Shown: positions 1-15,605 of the stretch, piece by piece
Position numbering within the stretch: position 1 is the stretch's first letter
Layout: each line of letters begins with the position of its first letter
From: the human T2T-CHM13v2.0 reference genome, Homo sapiens
Direction: 5' to 3' (one strand)
Assembly: GCF_009914755.1 (NCBI RefSeq)
Contig: NC_060947.1
DNA: 64,000 bases
Made by a program: the position numbers and the translations under genes
Notes under the pieces: model-generated
What the model was told of the DNA's origin: nothing
What the model saw: the letters and a program-made list of their open reading frames with translations, nothing else
Database searches by the model: none

Positions 1-1940
1 TTCTGTTTTTTTGGAAGAGTTTAAGAAGGATTGGTATTAATTCTTCTTTAAGTGTTTCACTGAGGCCATCTGGTCCTGGTGAAGCAGTCTCATTGTCTGA
101 GGTATTACCTGAAGCTCTTTGTCTCACGACCAAGGAGTGTGGACACCAAGGGTGAGTTTGAGTGAAAGTTTAATAAGCGAAAGAGGGAAGCTCTCCACTG
201 GGGAGAGGGGGCCTGAGAGAGATGCCATTTCAGAGTTGACTACAAAGGTTTTTTTGAGGGACTTGGTGGGGCCGGGGGATCTCTTTGCATAAGGCACAAA
301 AAGACAGGTTAGGGCTGGGTGTCTTAATTTGTATAAGGTGTGGATTTCTGACAGCTCCACCCCATCCCTCTAGTGTGCATGTGGACCCTTAGCATGAGTT
401 ACTGTTCTAAGTAACTCTGTTTCCCTTACTGTGCATGTGTTAGGAGATGGAATTTTCTATTGCAGATACGTTTAGTTCTGTACAACTCCTCTTATCTGTG
501 CAGCTGCGAGCATGTCTTAGCCAACTCCCGCCCCCCCGACCCTGTGGAAGTTCTCTTATCTGAGTATGCCCAAAAAAGGAAAGGAATGTATCCACTGGAG
601 CCCACTGTGTGTATGTGAAACTTATTGGTTACAACAAAGATGTTTTATGTTGGACCTTGCCTCCTTATCTGTGCTTGCAGCTTGAGTTTTCAGGCTGCTC
701 TTTTGTTAGAAAGAATTCTACCAAGGACCTTGCTCTAACTATCTGCCTAACTGTTTCCTTACTTTCTCCTTTCTCACGGGGCTTTTCTATGCTGTGAAAT
801 TTTTGATTAGTGATTCAATCACCTTATTTGTTATTGTTCTGTTCAGATTTCCTATTTCATCTTGATTCAGTTTTAGTAAGCTATGTGTTTTAGGAATATT
901 TCCACTTCTTCTAGGTTATCTAGTTGTTGGCATATAATTATTCATAATAGACCCTTAAAATCCTTTTTGAGTTTTGAGACATACATGGTAATGTCTCCTT
1001 TTGCATTTCTGATTTTAATTATTTGAACCTTATCTCTTTTTTCTTAGTTAGTGTAGCCAAGGATTTGTTGATTTTATTTATCTTTTGAAAAACCAACTTT
1101 TATTTTTTCTATTTTTTAATATTCTCAATTTTATTTCTTCTCTACTCTTTATTGTTTCCTTTTTTCTGCTAACTTTGGACTTAGGTTGTTTTTCTTTTTT
1201 TAGTTCCTTGAGGTATAAAGTTAGGTTGTTTATTTGAGATCTTTCTGCTTTTTTAAGGTAGGCGTTTATTGCTATAAACTTCCCTCTTAGTGCTGCTTTT
1301 GCTGAATCCCATGGGTTTTGGTATATTGTGTTTTCACTTTGTTTTTCTCAAGGTACTTTTCAAATTCCGTTTTGATTTTCTCTTTGACCCAATGGTTGTT
1401 CAAGAGTGTGTTGTTTAGTTTCCACATATTTGTGAATATCCACTTTTCCTACTGTTAATTTAGTTAATTTAATTTAGTTTCACTCCACCGTGGTCCGAGA
1501 TGATACTTGGAATGATTTTTGATCTTCTTAAATCTGTTAAGACTTGTTTTGTGACCTAACAGGTTCTTGGAGAATGTTCCATGTGCACTTGAGAAAAATG
1601 TGTATTATTTTGCTTTTAGGTGGAAAGTTTTGTATATGTCTGTTGGTTCCATTTGCTCTATAATGTTGCTCCAGTCAGCTGTTTCTTTATTGATTTTCTG
1701 TCTGGATGTTCTATCCCTTATTGTAAGTGGGTTATTAAAGTCACCTACTATTATTTTGTTGCTGTCAATTTATTATTTGTGATGTGTCAATATTTACTTT
1801 ATATTTTGGGTGCTCTGATGTTGGGTAGGTATATATTTATAATTGTTATAAGTCCCTACTGAATGGACCCTTGCTTCATTATATAATGACCTTTTTTTCC
1901 CTCTAGAGACAGTGTTAGACTTCAAATCTATTTTGTCTAA
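1..1940 (-). mobile_element. Old L1 (L1M-type) ORF2-region fragment, interrupted by an LTR at 80-776
   Basis: T-rich antisense L1 ORF2-like sequence (gccatctggtcctgg...gcttttct; gctataaacttccctcttagtgctgcttttgctg; gagaatgttccatgtgcacttgagaaaaatgtgtatt), continuous across the LTR. Confidence 0.85.
80..776 (-). mobile_element. ERV1 solo LTR, MER61-like
   Basis: TG...CA termini, flanks CTGG/CGGG (4-bp TSD with one mismatch). Minus strand starts TGAGAAAGGAGAAAG...CAGTTAGGCAGATAGTTAG, resembling my recall of MER61. Confidence 0.7.
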
Positions 1941-1954
1941 GGATCACCACTGTA

Positions 1955-1957
<3 letters not shown>

Positions 1958-2002
<45 letters not shown>
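1958..2002. repeat. (TA)n microsatellite
   Basis: Pure AT dinucleotide run. Confidence 0.98.
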
Positions 2003-2006
<4 letters not shown>

Positions 2007-2010
2007 ACAG

Positions 2011-2602
2011 TGTCAAAGGACAAAATTATAACAGATTTTATTTAAAGACCTAAATTAACTTTATTGCAATTCTAGAATTATATGATACTTTATTCCATAA
2101 AATAGAATAAGTGCTCCAATGAATTGAGTAGAAAGGGTTGGCTTTATAGACAGAGAGGGGCTGAAGAAAGCAGAAGCAAAGAATAAAGAGTGTATTAGTG
2201 ATTTCAAAGCTAGTTTTGTTTTAAGACAGACAGGGAGACAGAACAATAGAAAAATAGCTGATTAGTTAAGTATTAAAACAGAAGGAACTTTATTATCATG
2301 CTGATTAAAGATTTAAAATACTTTGAGTTGATTATTATACATTCTATGCATGTAACAAATACATCTACCTCATAAATATGTAAATTATTTTTTTTTATCA
2401 ACAACAAAAAATCTGGCCTGTTTAGGACATTGGCTGGTTTTCTTTCTCCTGATTTCTGGGAAGGTCAGATAATAACTTAGTTTGAGTTTGGTGACATAGA
2501 ATGTTAGCATGGGTAACTGCATTTTGGTTTTTAATCTGGTCTGTTGGAGCCTAATGCAGAAAATCAGCCCAAAACAATGGCCTTCTATAATTTTTATTAA
2601 AC
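2011..2602 (-). mobile_element. ERV1 LTR, MER67-like, with a short L1M 3'-end piece inside (~2320-2410)
   Basis: tgtcaaaggacaaaattataacag...ggttggctttatagacagagaggggctgaagaaagcagaa...ccttctataatttttattaaaca resembles recalled antisense MER67 consensus. Confidence 0.55.
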
Positions 2603-3092
2603 ACCCATTATAACCTAAAATTTTTTTTTGGAAATGGAAGTATATGTCATAGACAGGAGTAGTAAACTCCCTAAAGTAATATTGCTGATTTGTCTTGGAG
2701 ACAGGTTTTTTTTCTGTAAAACTTTTACCTTCAAATCAAGCTTCAAAGCTTTTAGCTGATCTGTTTTACCTCTGCCCATGGCAACATTTTTTGAGAAGCA
2801 TAACTAGGCCTGAAAGCATGACATGAATCAAAGTCTTATCTTTAAATAAATAATTTTAAAAACTGTATTATCTAAATTAGTAAGTCATTATTTCTGAGTA
2901 ATGATACTACAAATCTATTTTTTTCTCTAGACAGGACTGTAACTTAAACTAAAACTCAGTTATAACAGCTAGAATCTGGATTTTTAATTTCAATGTCTTT
3001 GTGATATTTTTATTCAATTAAGAAGTTTGTAGAGCAAGTACCAGATACATGAACTAGTTGGCACTCCATTTCTGTTTTTTTTTTTCTGACTC

Positions 3093-3318
3093 TTTTTTTT
3101 TTATACTTTAAGTTTTAGGGTACATGTGCACAATGTGCAGATTAGTTACATATGTATACATGTGCCATGTTGGTGTGCTGTACCCATTAACTCATCATTT
3201 AACATTAGGTATATCTCCTAATGCTATCCCTCCCCGCTCCCCCCACCCCACAACAGGCCCCGGTGTGTGATGTTCCCCTTCCTGTGTCCATGTGTTCTCA
3301 TTGTTCAATTCCCACCTA
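3093..3318 (-). mobile_element. Short L1PA 3' end
   Basis: poly-T followed by atactttaagttttagggtacatgtgcacaatgtgcag...ctcattgttcaattcccacct, a typical antisense L1PA 3'UTR. Confidence 0.92.
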
Positions 3319-3359
3319 ATTCTTTCTTCTTTATCATAGCTCCCCAAGCCTTTGGAACT

Positions 3360-3362
<3 letters not shown>

Positions 3363-3415
<53 letters not shown>
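3363..3415. repeat. (CA)n microsatellite
   Basis: Pure CA run. Confidence 0.98.
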
Positions 3416-3419
<4 letters not shown>

Positions 3420-4179
3420 TAATTTTTAACCTTTGCTGTGAGAAGAGTTTGCTTCCTAGAAACCAATTAATTCATTATCCATGTATTAAATGCCCATTAT
3501 GAACAAACCATTGTGTTAGGGATTCAAAGATGAAGAGGATATTGCCCTGCCCTAAGGAAATCATACCTGACTAGACTTCTATAATACATACTACCAATAG
3601 TTCAAACCATTCTCTTACCACCACCAACCCCAAGAATGTGTTCCTCTTTTATATTAAAAATGAGATATATTTTTATGAGCTCTCAGATATCTTTCAGGCT
3701 TGTTTCTGTTGCCTGTACCTTGGATCTCTCTGGCTCTTTCTAAATGGTACAACCCAGACACCTGCAAACATCAATTTGACCTAACAAAGTGATAACTTGA
3801 ATCTGAGTCCCAACAGGATGTATTTCTATTTTATAATCATATATCCCAGTTCAGGCAAGAATCCAGATTTTCAATAGTCATGGCCAATACCTTTTTTTGT
3901 TTTGTTTTGTTTCTATTCTTCATTGACTTTATTATTGATGGGACTTATTTGGCAAGATCCATACACTTTCTTGTATAAGGGATTGTCTAATTCAGGTAGC
4001 TGTATTGACAAAGACTGTTTAGAATACAGCTGTTTAACTCCAGTAAGATTATCTAATTTAAAATAATGTAGAAAGTATGCTTAATATAGGGATAAGCCTT
4101 TCAAAAAGTATGCAAAATTAAAGATACCTGACTTAAAATGTGAATGGGTATCAACATGACACAAACATAATAGGGATAG

Positions 4180-4360
4180 TGGATGGGGTTTTGGAATTGA
4201 ATAAAACTCTGTTAATACGCTAGCTTCTTTTCTCAGTATCTGTGTGATCTTAAAGTTATTTCGACTCTCAGGGCCTCAGTTTTGTTAAATGTGTTATGTA
4301 TAAGAAAGTTAATAATATCCTTCTCCCAGAGTTGTTATAAGGATTAAAGTATAATGTAAT
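4180..4360. mobile_element. MIR fragment
   Basis: ctgtgtgatctt...ctctcagggcctcagtttt...cagagttgttataaggattaaa is the MIR core. Confidence 0.6.
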
Positions 4361-4364
4361 ATTT

Positions 4365-4445
4365 TTAGGTTGAATCATATAAAAATTGCCAAGATTCAAC
4401 TTTTTGAAGCTTAAAAAAGGACAATTTTCTTATGATTAAACCTAA
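4365..4445. mobile_element. MADE2-like mariner MITE
   Basis: ~80-bp palindromic element, ttaggttgaatcatataaaaattg ... caattttcttatgattaaacctaa, in an AT-rich context. Confidence 0.8.
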
Positions 4446-5975
4446 AATATATAAAGCCCCTTATACACAGAAACCATTAAATATCTGATAGCTCTCGTTT
4501 CTTTGGAAAAACAGGTATGCTCAGTGCCTCTCTTCCTGTCGCACCTCCTTCTGCACCTCCAGAAACTTGGTAGGGGAAGGGAACATCTGCTTTGTTCCAT
4601 TCCTTACCTCTAAAAGTTATGATTTCCCTAATGTATGCTTCTGGGTGGTAGTTCAATGGTATCTTTTGGGCAGGGGCTAGGGGAGAAGGAGTAGAAAAGT
4701 AAGTGGACAGTACTATGACCTAAAAACTTAAAAATAGGATGTGAACTAAGATGTGCTAAGAATGAAAGAAAGATCAGTATTGAGTGAGGAGAGGTTTGGG
4801 CACATTCAGTTGTGAACATGCAACCAATCAGCACTTTGGGAGAGGGATATCTATTGGACACTTCTATCCCATTTCTTCCTATTTACTATTTCCATAACTG
4901 TTACAATATTAACAACTGACAACCCTCCCTCCCATGCAGTTTCTGTCTGGCATGTGGATGTTTTGCAGTGTCCTGTAAATTACTGGAGAGCATTTGTGAA
5001 GAATTCAGGGGAAGCTCTCTCCCTTTTTCCTTTTTCCATAACTCTTCCTACAACTGAAGGCAAGGGAAGCCTCTGCAGCAACCAAAAGAAAGACAGAATA
5101 AATATTCCATAGAGGTCTGGAGCAGCCTATTCGGGGCAGCTCTCCTCAGGTGGGAGCTCATGTATGTTTACAAATTTTCTCTGTTACTTTTAAATATTTA
5201 CTTAATGCACATTTACTATCTTCCCAAATAGACTGTAAGCAATTTAATATCAGGAGCCACATCCCATTTGTATGTATTATCCTCCCTCTCCTTTCAGTCT
5301 GTTACTTATTTTTTTCTCATAAATTTAGAGTTCAATAATAATACACTAACTCCAAAACCCAATAAAACCTCTTTTGCTTTAGAAATATCTGGTTTCATGT
5401 TCTTTGATTCTCTAATAGACAGAAAGCTCCTACCTCTCTCTTATCCATTTCAATATAAGTCATTTCCTCTTACTACAGCTCTTTCTAAGTGGAACAACTG
5501 CTTAATTTCCTACTGAGAAAATCCTCTCATATATTTGAAGACATCTATTAATCTTGGATAGCTTGCTTTGTTGTGGCTCAATAGCCTAGACTCCTTTATT
5601 TTTGTTGAGGGAAGTAATTTCCTATCCTTTAATCTATTCAGTTGATCATCTCTAGATTCTTTCTGGTTTCTCCCATATATTTTTATAGATGGAAAGATTT
5701 GACCTTTGCCTCCAAAGGTCCCCAGGCAAAAGCCATATGATCACCTACTTCCCTCTGTCAAAGGTCAGCTCTCTTCAGAACTAGAACAATGCCTTTGTTT
5801 ATAGGTGTTGGGTGTGGTGGAGTTTAACTAAGACTTTTATAATCAGTGCTAGAGTTCTGAAGTTTTTGGTGAGAGGGCTATCCTCAATAATTCTGGCATT
5901 GCGAATGGTTCTGACATCATGATTTCGAGTTCTGCAGCTAACATTTGGCCTTAAGCAACTTTTACCAAAGAGAGA

Positions 5976-6510
5976 TGTAGTAGGTTAAAAATGGCCAGAT
6001 ATTGCAGATATTGAAGAGGTCAAGTATAGATTTCCTCCCCTTAAATCTGGGCTGGTCTGTGACTGCTTTAACTGACTGAATATGGAATAAGTAATATTAT
6101 GGCTTATTCCAGGCCTAATCTTTTAGGGAAGTAGCAATTACCACCTCCTCTTGAAGTCCAGAGCTGCCATAATAAGAAATCCAACTATCCTGTTGGGAAA
6201 ACACATGCAAAGACTACATAGATATGGAGAGAGACCCAGCTGAGCCCAGCTTTTCAGTGATCCTGCCAAGTTGGTAGCATGTGAGTGAAGCCATCTTGAA
6301 TCCCCCAAACTAGTCCACACACCCGCTAAATAAGATGGATTGGTCAACCCGCTAAATAAGATGGATTGGTCATATCAGTGCTATGTAGAGGAGAAAAATT
6401 GTCTCACCAAGCCCTGCCCAATTTCTCGACCTATAATATTGTAAGAGATAATAAATTGTTTTAGTAAGTCACTAGTTGTGTAATTATTTTTGTAGCCATC
6501 AATAACTAGA
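5976..6510 (+). mobile_element. MLT1-type (MaLR) LTR
   Basis: tgtagtaggttaaaaatggcc...gggctggtctgtgactgcttt...gtgagtgaagccatcttga...gtaattatttttgtagccatcaataactaga. Confidence 0.75.
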
Positions 6511-7651
6511 AGAAGGAAACACAATCCCCTTTTCTTTCACATTACTACTTTTTCTGTATGCTCCTCAGTATTCCTTTAACCTGTAAGTGTCCTTGAGTAC
6601 TCTGGTTAATTGTTTGTGGCTGTGGCTATAGCTTCTGGGGTTAATGTAGAGGGTCTGATTGTTATCATACAGTCAAGCAATTCTAAGTATTTTTCCAATA
6701 ATTTTTCCAAGTATTTTCCAGGCTTCTTGTCCACCATAGTTAGCTCAGCCAGGGACACCGGGAAAGACCAAAATGCTAAACAGGGCAATTTCGTCTCTTT
6801 ATGGCAGTTTCTGCTATTTTTGTTTTGAAGCCCTTTGCTTCCATGTGAGAAGTATGACCACACCATGCTATAGAGACCATGTGGAGTTAAAATGCAATTT
6901 TTTCATCATCATAGGATAAATAAGAGTTCTGCCACAACCTGTTTTTAGTAAAAAGGTAAGTCTTATGTTTCATATCTTTATGTGAAAGAATGATTCCTGA
7001 TTTAGTTTTCTTACAAGAATAAAGCTACAGTGTTGTGATGGAGAAGGTTGTCGGACATGTGCAGGAGGGAAAAGGGCAGAAATGGAGTATAGCCCAGTAT
7101 TTCTTAGCCCATTCATATGGGTCAGTGAATACTGATTCATAATTCTCAGGGTACTGAGACACAGACCTATTTATTAAGAGTCCTGTGACATGTCACTGGT
7201 AGTAACCCTTCTCTTCTTTCTCCGTGGCTTGTCTACTTAGACCTTCCACTTTGGTTACATTTTCTGAAAAAATTTTGTGAGTCTCAAAGCATGATCTGAA
7301 TAAGCAGGTTACATACTGCGTTATTTCTAATCAATGAAAAAGACTAAGTTCTCCTAGAATGATCTTCCTCTATTGGGATCAATCTTTCCCAGTGTTACTA
7401 CATCAGAAGTAGGGTCTTATTTCCTATTGGTTTACTTGTCTAAGGTCAGGAAAGCAAAAGATTTGGTTCCTATGGACCCAACTTGAAAAAAAAAATTTTA
7501 GAAATATGTAAATATAGCTACCAACACACTTTCAGCATCACAAGTCACGAGTACAAGATTATTTTCACTTAATTACCCCAAACATGGTTGATATCTGTAC
7601 TCTTTGCCCATTTCTTAAGGTGTTAAAATAAAAGAACAGGTATTTAAGAAA

Positions 7652-7652
<1 letters not shown>

Positions 7653-7706
<54 letters not shown>
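7653..7706. repeat. (TC)n(CA)n compound microsatellite
   Basis: Directly visible. Confidence 0.95.
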
Positions 7707-7708
<2 letters not shown>

Positions 7709-8287
7709 GAGAGACATACACAAACATCAGCAGGTAGAGTGACAGTGACAGGGGACAGTTGATGTGAATTTCTCAGTGTTTTAATCCACTCTCTTAAGCT
7801 GGCCTCTGGCTACTCAGAGAGTATTTCTGGTAGAATGACAGCAATGTTGCCCTAGCTGAGGAACACATTTGAAGCCAATCTTTAGGCCCTGGATGAATAA
7901 ATATATGGCTAGGATTATGGAAATGCCTGCTCAGGGTCTGCAGATCTAGTAACCAAAAAGTCATCAAGAGCAGTTCAGTTAAGCCATTGGTGACAGAAGA
8001 TAGAGGATGTTTGAAAATGAAGCAATCTTTAGGCTTTCTTAAACTAGGGGAATAGATTTTCACCAACCCTTGAACTTTTAAAATACAGCATGTAGGAGAT
8101 GCATTGGAGTGAGGGAAACACATTTGGAAAGGACCCCAGTCACTGCATTTCAGGAATCAGCAAGCGCTAAGATATTCTTAGCCTGGGAGGGCTATTTGAA
8201 CCTTGGGTCACCTAAGGGTATGTATGCTAAACCTTGTATTACATAATTATTGGAGACTATGCACTTCTTTCTCTCTCTCTCTCTCTC

Positions 8288-8554
8288 TTTTTTTTTTTTA
8301 TAGCTGTGGTCTCACTAAATTGTCCAGGCTGGTCTCAAATTACTGAGTTTAAGTAATCTTCCTGACTCAGCCTCCTGAGTAGCTGAGACTACAAGTGCAT
8401 GCCACCATGCCAGGCTAATTTTTAAAATTTTTATAGTAACAAGGTCTCCCTGTGTTGTCCAGGCTGATCTTGAACTCCTAGCCTCAAGTGATTTTTTTTT
8501 TTGTCTCAGCGTCCTGAGTAGCTGGAACTACACACATGAGCCACCATGCCTGGC
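8288..8554 (-). mobile_element. Degraded old Alu (AluJ/FLAM-like)
   Basis: poly-T, ccaggctggtctcaaat, cagcctcctgagtagctg, gagccaccatgcctggc. Confidence 0.8.
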
Positions 8555-9130
8555 TTCAGTGGGCTTCCTGAGGAGCCAATAGGTTGGTATAAAGAACCTT
8601 TTAGCTCAAGAGAGAATATGAGGTAGATTTTGAAAAATCTACTCATGGTCATGTTACATATCGACAGTACAGGAAGAACAAATATGGGCATGTGGCAGCA
8701 GCAAAATCTCCCTGAATCTAAAGCTGCAACTTTAAGGCCCTGAACTTGCCTGACTTTTCCAAGGCCCATGAGAGCTTATAGCAATGTGTTCACATGACCA
8801 TGTGTTTTATACAGTTTGCAAATTAAGGTTATTTTATGCAGTTCACTGTTTCTTTCCAGTGTAACATGTCTTCCTGTTACATTTTCCTTCTCTCAGGTGC
8901 CACTGGTGTGGCCAAAGAAACTTTTGAGATATGGCTAAGGTGAAGGTGAATTGAAAAACATTTACTTTGGGTTTACTGTGATACATGTTTGTGGTTTTTA
9001 GTCATGTCCAAGTAAAGTTATTTCTAGCCATCCCATGTAGTGTAGCAATGGCTTCCAAGAAAACTTCTATAGTCCACTGTTCTGACCGATTTAGTGTTGT
9101 GACAGGTATATGCAGGACCAGAGGTCTTAC

Positions 9131-9970
9131 TGAAATGGGAAATTTTCCCTTGTCCCTCTCGCAGGTGTGCGATGGGGGTCTGGCTCGCTTTTTCAGTGCC
9201 CCGCTGCTCAAACTTCTAGGGGAGCATATAGATGGGCAGGCTGTGAGGCTCCGACCTCACGGCAATGTCTAAGGGTGAATGTTTACTGCTCCTGAAGCCC
9301 CAATGGGTATGTGTTACAGGGTGCTCTTTTAGGCGGCTTGTGTTAAGCAGCTCAGTTAGACCCTCTACCTTGTAGCAAGGACAGAGGGCTTTCTGTATCC
9401 TTGGCTCTTGCCTTGCTATGCCGGATGAATCGGATCACGCGTGGGCTTGGAGAAAGAGTGCAAAGTGTTATTGAGTGGAAGTAGCTCTCAGGCGATGGAG
9501 GAACCAAAAGAGAGATAGTTTTCCCCTGGAGTTGGGGCACTCGACGGCCCCGGCTCTCCTCTGACTGCTCCAGCCAGGCCAAACTTGGCCTCATCCCTCT
9601 GGTTGATGGCCTGCTGGCATGCCAGCATCTGTCGTTGTGCTTTTCCACCAACGTGCTCCCTCGATGTCCTCTCATCGTCCAGCCATTTGTGTCTTCTTCC
9701 GCTGATGTGCTCATCTCGATGTCTGGCCACCTGTGTGTCTGCCTGCTAGGGTCTCGGGTTTTTACAGGCCCAGGATGGGGGTGTGGAGGGCCAGAGTTGT
9801 CTTGGAAAATGCAACATTTGGGCTCGAAAGTAGGAGTGCCTATCCTCACCTAGGTCAGTGGAGGTGGAGTCCTAGCCAGGGACTATGCCTTCCTCTACCC
9901 AGCACTTCCCTGTCCACCCCCATATCACTTAAAGGGACCACACTCTTCCCTTCCCAGCACTCCCGTATCA
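9131..9970 (-). mobile_element. ERV1 solo LTR of the LTR1/MER52 group
   Basis: TG...CA termini with exact 4-bp TSD TTAC (9127-9130, 9971-9974). GC-rich. Minus strand starts TGATACGGGAGTGCTGGGAAGGGAAGAGTGTGGTCCCTTTAAG and carries TATA-like CCTGTAAAAACCC. Confidence 0.85.
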
Positions 9971-10699
9971 TTACTGTGATATAAATGTGCTCTAAAGAAC
10001 TTAGCATTGAAGGCTTGTGGATATGGGAAGAGAAGCAAGATTTGAAATATATGAAGCCAGGAGCTAGTCTTTGGGAAGTTCTACCACTTATGAGTCATAA
10101 AACATTGTAATGGGAGATTTGGTTTCCATTGAAGCTTGTCAAAGCAGAAATTCCAGTCAGAAATGTATTTGGTAATATAGTACATGCCATTATATATGTA
10201 TCATGCTTTGTTTTTTCCTGTTTTCATGGGATTCATGTATAAAGGAATTTATCTGAACTAGGTTGGTGGTGGTGAGTGGGACCTGTAACATCACCAACAG
10301 CTAGTAATGTTTGGAAAGTTGCATGCTTTATGTATTCAATACACTGGATTGTACCTTAATATTATCCATTCTGATGAAACAGCAAAGCATCTTGAATTTG
10401 TTGGAACAAATTCTGAAAGATCTGGGTGAAACAGTACACAAAATTGCCACAAGCACAGCAACAAGTAAAAAACAAGTGTTCTATTGACAATGCACCTAAT
10501 ACATCTTCATTAATAAGTCAAAGTATGTGTAGTAATTTGATTACCCATTAATTTAGTTCAATGCAATGTAGCTGCAATTTTAAAATGCATTTGAATTGTT
10601 CATCTGTGGCTTTTTCCTTCAAAAATATATAACGTATTCAACTTCTCTAATGTATTGCTATTAGTAATTCCAGGTACCAATAGTAGAAGGTACAGAGAA

Positions 10700-10900
10700 A
10701 TTGGATATGCAGGGTTAAAGACACAGTTCAACTTGAGTCTTACCAGCTGTGTGAACTTGGGCAAGTCATGGAACCATTTGGACCTATCTTCATTTACCTC
10801 TAGATTGGAAATAACATTTTTTCTACTCATACATCCGGCTATATTAAGAGAAATGTGGTACAATATTTATTACAAGTATTTGTGCACTGAAAAGTGCTAT
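10700..10900. mobile_element. MIR fragment
   Basis: cttaccagctgtgtgaacttgggcaagtca MIR core. Confidence 0.65.
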
Positions 10901-12000
10901 GCAGTATTAATACTAAGTCTTTAGTGGTGATGGTTTAAAAAGGAAAACATTATCTCATTTTATGTAACCCCTGGATTATCCTCCACATCTGGAAAACCTG
11001 GCTATATTTTATCTCAGCAAAAAATAATCACTGTAGGTTTATTTTTCAACACAAAATTTTAAAATTTACCTCAAATAAGCCAGTGCAAAAATATAGAAAG
11101 AAAAAAACTTTTAAAAACCTTACTGCATTAATAGTGAGTTATAAAAAGTAATTTCTGGGGAAATAGCAATTAGGTTGGCTTCCTGGTTATATTAAAAATA
11201 CATTAAGCTTATTCAAAATGGCTTTATATAAAGAAATAAACTGTCCATTATGAGGAAATAGTGATTTTTCTACGTAACATTGAACTCAAACTATCTATTA
11301 TATCTCAACTATTTGAATATTATGTCAGAGCTCTGTGAAAAGTGACAAATGACATTGTGACATATAAGCATATTAACAGAGAAAACTGGCTGCTAGAAGG
11401 CTCTCACCCAGTGGAAATTTCTTAATACATTTATCATGATCTCCATTTAGAAACTGCTTTAGTGTTGATCAGACGTAGGGATGTTGGTCCATGCTATGCA
11501 ACTCCCAGGATATTTCAGGGTAAATCTGAATACTGATCTATTAATTTGCAACGAGAAATACAAATGTCAAGCTAACTGGAGAATCAGGTCAGCCAGACCA
11601 GCAGATATCCTCCCTGTGGAAAAACTCCAAAGGAAGTCAATTACAATTAGAAAAGCCTAGTGAGGGAGTTAGTTGGATGACTCAAATATGATGGTACAAA
11701 GCAGCTATGTCTCTTGGTATTGCCAGCCAATAGCAGGGTCACAGTGAACCTTCTGTAAATCTTTGCTAAATCAAAGAAAAGTTTACGGAGTTGTGCCTGA
11801 CAGAGGGACCAAATAGAAGAACATATTGGCTCTGCATTCTTCCTTCCCCTGGAAAATGTGGAGACAAAATGCTAACTTGCAAATGTTAGGATTACTACAT
11901 AATATAATAAAAACATTAAAAGCAAGATTTATATGTAAATATTAAAGACATAAAATAGGAATTGAGGAAGGTAATTAATAACTTCATAAATTAGAGAAAG

Positions 12001-13996
<1,996 letters not shown>

Positions 13997-14035
13997 GAAA
14001 CTGCTATTTGCCTATTTGGATGTAGTTTCAGAGAA

Positions 14036-14037
<2 letters not shown>

Positions 14038-14096
<59 letters not shown>
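14038..14096. repeat. (CA)n microsatellite
   Basis: Pure CA run. Confidence 0.98.
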
Positions 14097-14098
<2 letters not shown>

Positions 14099-15279
14099 TA
14101 TACCAAAACAGACTGAATACCCAAAGTACTCCTCTCTTTTCAGACTTTCTATCTGTGAGGCTATATTTTATTCATATACATCAGCTAAAGCTATACATTG
14201 CACCAGCTTAAATGCAGAAGCAAATGTGAAGTTCCAGCTGTTTTCTACAGAGCCAGATGTAGAGATTTTTAAAAATATAAAGCAGTGCCCTCTTCTCACT
14301 AATTTTTCTTTTAATATAGTTATTTTAAAGATGATATAATTATTATATTAAATAATATAGTTAATATTTCTTATAAAATATATTATAAATATATTAAATG
14401 GGTTTGTAAGTATCATTTTAAATGAATTGATACTTAAATGTTTTTTTAAAATCACTCACTTTTAGTTTCTAATATGCTAACTATAGTTTGTTATAATCCA
14501 CATTAATAAAAGCTTTTTTGGGTCTTCAGTAATTTTGACCAGAGTACAGGAGTCATGAGAGCAAAGAGTTTGCTAATGACTAATCTAGGACTCAAGTGAG
14601 GTGTATTAATTATGGCTTGTTAGATTTAAATGTCTTTTCCTTACAAGGCCCTTGTCACAGAAGGGCTAAGTCGTGTCAAGTGAAAGGAGCAAGAGAGGGT
14701 TGGTTAATCAGGACTATCTGTGCCCTGGTTTCAATGGGGAAAAAGACAGGCAATGAGATGGGTATGTTTTTTGCCTCATTTGGATTGAGAGCAGTAAGGA
14801 AGATGAGGTTTAAACACAGAGAAGAGTAAAGCTATTTCCCCCTTCTGCTCCTTTTGTCCCAGAGCCCCCAGAAACTGGGTGAGTCTAGTAGAAGTGACGG
14901 AATCTTTTAAGAGACATTCAAACATAATTCTGTGCTGGACACTGAAAAAGACAAACAAAAAAAGTGCCATATAAAGTCTGTCAATCCCTAGGGGCCAGAT
15001 TATCCCGTGCCCTGAAGGACTGCCAGGGTACATAATCAGATACATTAGCAACGGCTTCAACATGTTCTTCTAGAACATCATGTCTTTGAATTAAGGGCTT
15101 AATACATAATTGATGAACACTTCAGTTCTGAGGTGAAAAGGTGGTTCCAGTGGAAATTTAAAAGGAAATATAAATGTTAGAATAAATATTAAAAAGAAAT
15201 GTTAGAGTTTTACTGATAGAACCCTTTAATGCTGTTAAAAATACTGTTTTCCTACCTAGCTCTCTTTCATTTTCTACAC

Positions 15280-15605
15280 CAGTGCTATCCAATATAAATA
15301 TAATACAGCCATAAATAAAATGTGAACCACGGAAATAGTTTTAAATTTACTAGTAGTCACATTTTAGAAAGTAAAATCATTAGTGAAATTAATTTTTTTA
15401 TCAACACAATATATCCAGAATATTATGGTTCCAATGTGTAATCAATATAAAAATTCATAAAACATTTTGCACTCTTTTTTTCATAGTAAGTCTTCAAATA
15501 TGGTATGTATTTTATACTTACAACATAATTCAATGACTAACCACATTTCAAATGTTCAGTGACCTTATACGGCTTATGGCAAACATATTGGGCAACTCAG
15601 TTCTA
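15280..15605. mobile_element. MER33-like hAT-Charlie DNA transposon
   Basis: cagtgctatccaatataaat...aaatttactagtagtcacatt...ccacatttcaaatgttcagt...catattgggcaac. Confidence 0.7.

Noticed and set aside
9352-9984. Overlapping ORFs up to 165 aa
   Set aside because: They lie almost entirely within a GC-rich solo LTR and show no protein-family features.
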